Assembly: GCA_965224485.1 (NCBI GenBank)
Contig: CBDCZH010000008.1
Location: 1-33,356, forward strand
Direction of reading: 5' to 3'
DNA: 33,356 bases
Source: Arcobacteraceae bacterium
GTDB lineage: Bacteria > Campylobacterota > Campylobacteria > Campylobacterales > Arcobacteraceae
Shown here: positions 28,819 through 33,356 of the stretch, piece after piece
How positions within the stretch are numbered: position 1 is the first letter of the stretch
Layout: each line of letters opens with the position of its first letter
The notes under the pieces: generated by a model
The model's input: the letters and a program-made list of their open reading frames with translations, nothing else
The model's database searches: none
What the model was told of the DNA's origin: nothing
Translations under genes and position numbers: made by a program

Positions 28819-30084
28819 TTAATCAAAAGGAAGAATAACTCCACCACCTTGAATTCTTTGTGTATTACTTGGTTTACCTTCTTCTGTAATATCAAGATAA
28901 GATTCATCACCTTCAAAAGAAGAATTAATAGTTCTACAAATATTACCTTTTGAAACTTTACCTTGAATTATTTTAGCACTTGACATTTTTGCTAAAGATC
29001 TAATTATTTCAATAACAGCTACTTTAGATTCAACTCGCCCTAAAGACTCTTTAGTATATGTATCAATAATATTTTTACCAAGTTTATAAACTTCAAACTT
29101 TGTTCCAACTTTTAAGCTACCTTGATTAATAATTACTTCCTTAGAAGATACATTAACAACATTTATAGGATATATATTTTCTATTAATTGTGTAGTTATA
29201 TGTGAAGATAGTTTTTTTAATGAGTTTGAGTAAATTTGCTCATTTGTTTTTCCATTTACCTCAAAATTATAACTTGAAGTATTTGACCACTTAATTTGTC
29301 TTGTTGCCATTGCAATTATTCTAAATTGAATTGTTGCAGAAGTTTTATATGAAGAGCTCATATTTGCTACAATTGCATCTTGATTATTATCTTTAGAAAT
29401 ACTAAATTCAGTAATATTTGTAACAAGTAAATAATCAGTTCCTAACACCTGCCCTAACTTAAGAAATTCATCAGTTGATGTATCTCTTGATCTAATAAGT
29501 GCTTTTTCATTTCTATAAGCTTCATTATCTTCTCTATCTAAAACAGAAAACTTTCTAGTTTGTGTAACTGAACTAACTAACTCTTGTGTTAATTTCAAAG
29601 ACAAGTCATAAGCGCTTTTACTTTGATTTAAAATAAAATATCTATTTTTATTAGTATAAGAAGGAACTATTACAATTGCTCTTCTATTTTTAGCACTATA
29701 ACCTGGAGTTTTATATTTTTTACTAACTTTAGTTTTAGTTATTTCTACACTAGCTTCAAATCTACCATCACCATAATCTATCACATCTAGTATTTTATAA
29801 GAATCAACTCTACCCGAAGTAAATTTTTTAATAGCTGAGTTATATATATACTTAGCCTCATTACCATTTGTAGAATTAATTGTTTTATTACTAATAAAAG
29901 TAATTTTTTTAATACTAACACCATTTAGTTGCTCTAAAGCTTCAAGAATTGCATTATTAACAGCAGAAGCTCTAGTTAAACCAATTCCAATTCCTTGCTC
30001 AGTTATAATACTTTTTTTAGTAACTATTCCAGCTTGGGCAAAAAGACTAAGAAATAAAAGACATATAATTAATTTTTTCATCAT
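28819..30084 (-). CDS. CsgG/HfaB-like domain exported protein (Cj0093-like)
   Basis: Signal peptide; VTQTRKFSVLDRE and KLGQVLGTDYLLV CsgG-like motifs; FlgT-like N- and C-terminal segments. Confidence 0.75.
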   Translation of the reverse strand: MMKKLIICLLFLSLFAQAGIVTKKSIITEQGIGIGLTRASAVNNAILEALEQLNGVSIKKITFISNKTINSTNGNEAKYIYNSAIKKFTSGRVDSYKILDVIDYGDGRFEASVEITKTKVSKKYKTPGYSAKNRRAIVIVPSYTNKNRYFILNQSKSAYDLSLKLTQELVSSVTQTRKFSVLDREDNEAYRNEKALIRSRDTSTDEFLKLGQVLGTDYLLVTNITEFSISKDNNQDAIVANMSSSYKTSATIQFRIIAMATRQIKWSNTSSYNFEVNGKTNEQIYSNSLKKLSSHITTQLIENIYPINVVNVSSKEVIINQGSLKVGTKFEVYKLGKNIIDTYTKESLGRVESKVAVIEIIRSLAKMSSAKIIQGKVSKGNICRTINSSFEGDESYLDITEEGKPSNTQRIQGGGVILPFD

Positions 30085-30092
30085 TTATATCC

Positions 30093-31448
30093 TTAAAAAT
30101 CATTAAGCGTATTAACTGGTTTGCTTTCAAATACTGTTTTTTTAGAAGAATTTTTCTTTTTCTTTTTATATTTTGACTTAAGCATATTATTTGTTGCAAT
30201 TACATTATCATAATTCCAGATTCTAACAACACCTACATGAATTATTCCATGTTTGTCTTCTTCTTCCCAATCAGTTAATGTTGTAATTCCTTTTAATCTT
30301 CCACTTGAAATTGCTTTAACTTCTTTTCCAATTTTACTAACAATATCTTTTATTACTTCATCACTTAAATTCTCAGTTTGTGTTTCACTATCAATTTCTT
30401 TTGTTAAAACACGTCTTATTATTTCTCCAGTTTTAGATTCACTTTTAAAACTCAATCTTGTTTTCATAAATTCAATAATTGCAGCATCACCTAAGGTTTT
30501 TGCCTGTGCTAGAGCTGTTTGAGAAGCCATTTTATTTATATAAGCATCACTTGAATTTTCACTATACGACCATCGTCCATAAGAAATAATAGTTGGTTTT
30601 CCTTCTTTATCATAAACTAATCTAATTCCTAATTCATTTAAAAAATCTTTTGAATCTTTTGGAATAAAAGAAGTAATATCTTTTCCTTTACCTTTAATTA
30701 AAGATTTTCTTTTCAAAGACATATCTCTAGCTATTTGTTTTGTTTTAGCAGATAAAACAGCAACAAGTCCAACTGAATAATTACCTTTTTTATCAAAAGT
30801 AACATGAGTTCTAATAGGTACAAGACCTGAAATATTTCCATAAGCTGAAGTTAAAACTGATTTAATAAATTCATTTTTAAATAAAACTTTTTTTCTTTTT
30901 TCATTTAAATTTTTAGGATCGACGCCTAAATCTTTTAAACCTTTATCTAATTTTGCGCCCATATAATCAAGAGCTTTATCAACAATTCTATCTACTTTAT
31001 TTGTATTAGCAATTTTGTCTTCAAAATCTTTTGCATTAGTTGAACTATCATTATATAAAGAACTTAAACGTTTTGAACTAACTCTTCCAAAAGTATCAAC
31101 TATATAATTTGCTTGTAAATCTAAAAGTGCTTTTTCATATGCAATTACGACAGCTCTACCAAAATCAGGATCACTTGGTTTTAAAGATACTATAGCTTCA
31201 CCTTTAAAGAAAAACATAGTTCCTTGTTTTTTTGCCCCATAACTTCCAAATCCAAGCTCACTTGATACACGAGAGAAAAATTGTCTCATTGTTTCTTTTT
31301 TTACAATACTTGCTTTAGAAATCTCATTTTGTATATTAATATCTTCTTGTTCAACTTCTACTGTAGCTCTTGAATTAGAGGCTTCTGCACTTAATTGTAG
31401 TGTTGCTAAAATACTTATTAAAATAATTACTAAAAAATTCTTTATCAT
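30093..31448 (-). CDS. Exported hypothetical protein (Cj0092-like)
   Basis: Signal peptide and long intact ORF; fixed position between the LpoB-like and CsgG-like genes. Confidence 0.65.
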   Translation of the reverse strand: MIKNFLVIILISILATLQLSAEASNSRATVEVEQEDINIQNEISKASIVKKETMRQFFSRVSSELGFGSYGAKKQGTMFFFKGEAIVSLKPSDPDFGRAVVIAYEKALLDLQANYIVDTFGRVSSKRLSSLYNDSSTNAKDFEDKIANTNKVDRIVDKALDYMGAKLDKGLKDLGVDPKNLNEKRKKVLFKNEFIKSVLTSAYGNISGLVPIRTHVTFDKKGNYSVGLVAVLSAKTKQIARDMSLKRKSLIKGKGKDITSFIPKDSKDFLNELGIRLVYDKEGKPTIISYGRWSYSENSSDAYINKMASQTALAQAKTLGDAAIIEFMKTRLSFKSESKTGEIIRRVLTKEIDSETQTENLSDEVIKDIVSKIGKEVKAISSGRLKGITTLTDWEEEDKHGIIHVGVVRIWNYDNVIATNNMLKSKYKKKKKNSSKKTVFESKPVNTLNDF

Positions 31449-31470
31449 TATATTTCCTTATTAATTTCTA

Positions 31471-32082
31471 CTACCAAGTTACAGTATCGTTAGAACCCAT
31501 TTTTCCAACTACTACTTCATCTTCCCAAAATGCTAAACCTGATTCTATTTCTGTTAATGTTAATTGAAAATAATATTCAACTAATTGATCTCCAGAATTA
31601 GTTTTAGCAGTTCTTTGAAGGATATCACCAGATAGCGCTAACTCAGGTGCATATAAAGAGGCTTTTTTAGCAATTGTATTTTGTCTAAACTCTTTATTTC
31701 CTCTTAATTTTCTAACCTTTTGAGCTGTATCATCTCTTTGTGTTCCAACAGCAGTTGTGATAATTGCTTTTCCAGATCTAAGCATTGCAATTCTAATCTT
31801 TTTAGTTAGCATTTTAATATTAATTCTTTGAGTAGTATCATTAACGATGTCACTAATCATAACAACATATCTACCACCCTCTCTTTTACTTAAAGCTCCA
31901 CTTAAAAGTAAACTCTCAATCATATCAGAAGCAGCTTTTTCAAAATCTTGTCTATCTATTCCCATTGTAACAACTGAAGACTTGGGTGAATTAACACCAA
32001 TATATTGTGTTGCTGTTGAACACCCTGTAAATAACATCATAACTGTAGCTATTAAAGCTAATAATAAATTTGATTTTTTCAT
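31471..32082 (-). CDS. LpoB-like lipoprotein (Cj0091-like)
   Basis: Lipobox FTGC; IVNDTTQRI, LTKKIRIAMLRSGK and EYYFQLTLT...W motifs. Confidence 0.8.
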   Translation of the reverse strand: MKKSNLLLALIATVMMLFTGCSTATQYIGVNSPKSSVVTMGIDRQDFEKAASDMIESLLLSGALSKREGGRYVVMISDIVNDTTQRINIKMLTKKIRIAMLRSGKAIITTAVGTQRDDTAQKVRKLRGNKEFRQNTIAKKASLYAPELALSGDILQRTAKTNSGDQLVEYYFQLTLTEIESGLAFWEDEVVVGKMGSNDTVTW

Positions 32083-32091
32083 TTGATTTCC

Positions 32092-32538
32092 TTAATTTCC
32101 TTGATATTCTTGATGATAAGAATCTTTTCTTAAATTATCATCTTTTGTTGGTTCTTGAAGTCTAATTCTAAAACTTTTTACTTTTATTCCTGGTGCAATT
32201 CCGTGAATAACTAAGTTCCTTCTTTCTTCAACTTTTACTATTATCCATTTTGATAAAATTGATTTTTGAATAAAGCCATTATCATCCATCCAATCAATTT
32301 TATAAGCTAAAAGTTTATTATTACTTGTAAAGTTTCTAAACCTAGCTTCAACCTCTAATAAAGAATCTTTTCTCATAAAATAATTAACAACATCTAAATT
32401 TAGCCAATTATATAAAGACTCATTTTCTACAATAATATGAGAATCACTAATCTTATTATTTAAAACCACTTGATTTTGATTACAAGCTGTAAATAAAACA
32501 CTAACTAATATCAAAAAAAGAACATATAATTTTTTCAT
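32092..32538 (-). CDS. YcfL/DUF1425-like lipoprotein (Cj0090-like)
   Basis: Lipobox FTAC; YKIDWMDDNGF motif. Confidence 0.75.
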   Translation of the reverse strand: MKKLYVLFLILVSVLFTACNQNQVVLNNKISDSHIIVENESLYNWLNLDVVNYFMRKDSLLEVEARFRNFTSNNKLLAYKIDWMDDNGFIQKSILSKWIIVKVEERRNLVIHGIAPGIKVKSFRIRLQEPTKDDNLRKDSYHQEYQGN

Positions 32539-32548
32539 TTCCTACTCC

Positions 32549-33356
32549 TTAAAATAAAACTGTTTTGATAATATTATTACCTTGAACTTGAGACTTAACA
32601 TAAATTAAAGCATTTTTATTTTTTGGAATAATAATAGTTTTAATAATTACATTTTTATCATCTTTTATTATAATTTTTTCACCAGTTAATAAAATTCTTT
32701 TACTTTGAAAGTTTTTAGGTAAAGCTGTCCATGATCTTACATCTGCTTTATTAGTAAGTCCTTGATAAGCAGCACCAATTAAGCCACCAATTAAGCCAAC
32801 ATTTTTTTGTAATTGATACTGTGCAAATGTCTTAAATACTGTATTTAAAACAGCTTCAGTTACAATTAAAGGAAATCTTTTTTTGAATTCTGTTTTGATT
32901 ACATTATCCATATTTGATATCTCTTGAGTTTTTTTCCCATTAATAGCAAGGTAAGAATAAGATTCTTTTCTTTCTATGATTTTTGGTAAAGCAATTCCTG
33001 TATATAATACTTTTTGCGATAATAAAAATACTGGTATATGAATATTAATTTCGTCTTTTACCATACCTTCACCATTTTCATATATAAGCCAAGCATATTT
33101 TTCTTTATTTGATTTCTTAATATTTTTAGAAAACTTTTTACTTAATTCATAATCACTTTTAATTTGCTTATTTTTAGGATCCATTCTAAGCGATTCTTTA
33201 AATAATCCTCTTGCCTTTTTAGCATCCCCACTTAAAAAGAAATATACACCTGAGATATAAGTAGTAAAAGGATTAATAAAATCAGGATAAGCTTTAAAAT
33301 CATTTAAAAGTTTATTATATTTATCATATATAACTTTATTTGTTTGTGAGTTATTT
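32549..33356 (-). CDS. COG3014-family protein (Cj0089-like), 5' end outside the window
   Basis: Frame stays open from 33184 to the window edge (FKAYPDFINPFTTYISG); ADVRSWTALP motif. Confidence 0.75.
   Translation of the reverse strand, partial: NNSQTNKVIYDKYNKLLNDFKAYPDFINPFTTYISGVYFFLSGDAKKARGLFKESLRMDPKNKQIKSDYELSKKFSKNIKKSNKEKYAWLIYENGEGMVKDEINIHIPVFLLSQKVLYTGIALPKIIERKESYSYLAINGKKTQEISNMDNVIKTEFKKRFPLIVTEAVLNTVFKTFAQYQLQKNVGLIGGLIGAAYQGLTNKADVRSWTALPKNFQSKRILLTGEKIIIKDDKNVIIKTIIIPKNKNALIYVKSQVQGNNIIKTVLF

Noticed and set aside
28819..30084. Curli secretion system
   Set aside because: Only a CsgG-like domain; no csgA/B/E/F in the window.
11935..32086. Short antisense ORFs (11935, 21409, 21764, 23088, 24841, 25132, 25732, 26150, 30253, 31847)
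   Set aside because: They overlap conserved genes on the opposite strand almost entirely; no independent evidence.

Overview
AT-rich chromosomal window from a Campylobacterota bacterium, most likely Arcobacteraceae (inferred from gene order and protein sequences). The left half is the conserved minus-strand block rplU-rpmA-obgE-proB-fmt-[AEC transporter, + strand]-birA-parA-parB-atpF'FHAGDC-tolQ-tolR-tolA-tolB-pal. atpA, atpG and atpD carry about 11 frameshifting indels within about 2.6 kb, most likely consensus sequence errors. The middle holds ridA, dnaG, a lapB-like gene, rnhA, rnc and aroC; the RNase HI has lost two of its four catalytic carboxylates. The right half is more accessory: a DUF134-NifX regulator divergent from a strong sigma70 promoter that carries tandem operator-like repeats and drives a roughly 168-nt highly structured RNA and a NifX-like gene; sixA; a hemerythrin-PAS gene with a Crp/Fnr-type box; an HI0933 flavoprotein; a Fur-boxed two-gene unit pairing an orphan Fe(III)-binding periplasmic protein with a dCache-HAMP-GGDEF diguanylate cyclase; and a Cj0089-0093-like lipoprotein operon. 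The best novelty candidates are the putative iron-sensing c-di-GMP module and the DUF134-linked structured RNA. No rRNA, tRNA, CRISPR array or transposase was seen.
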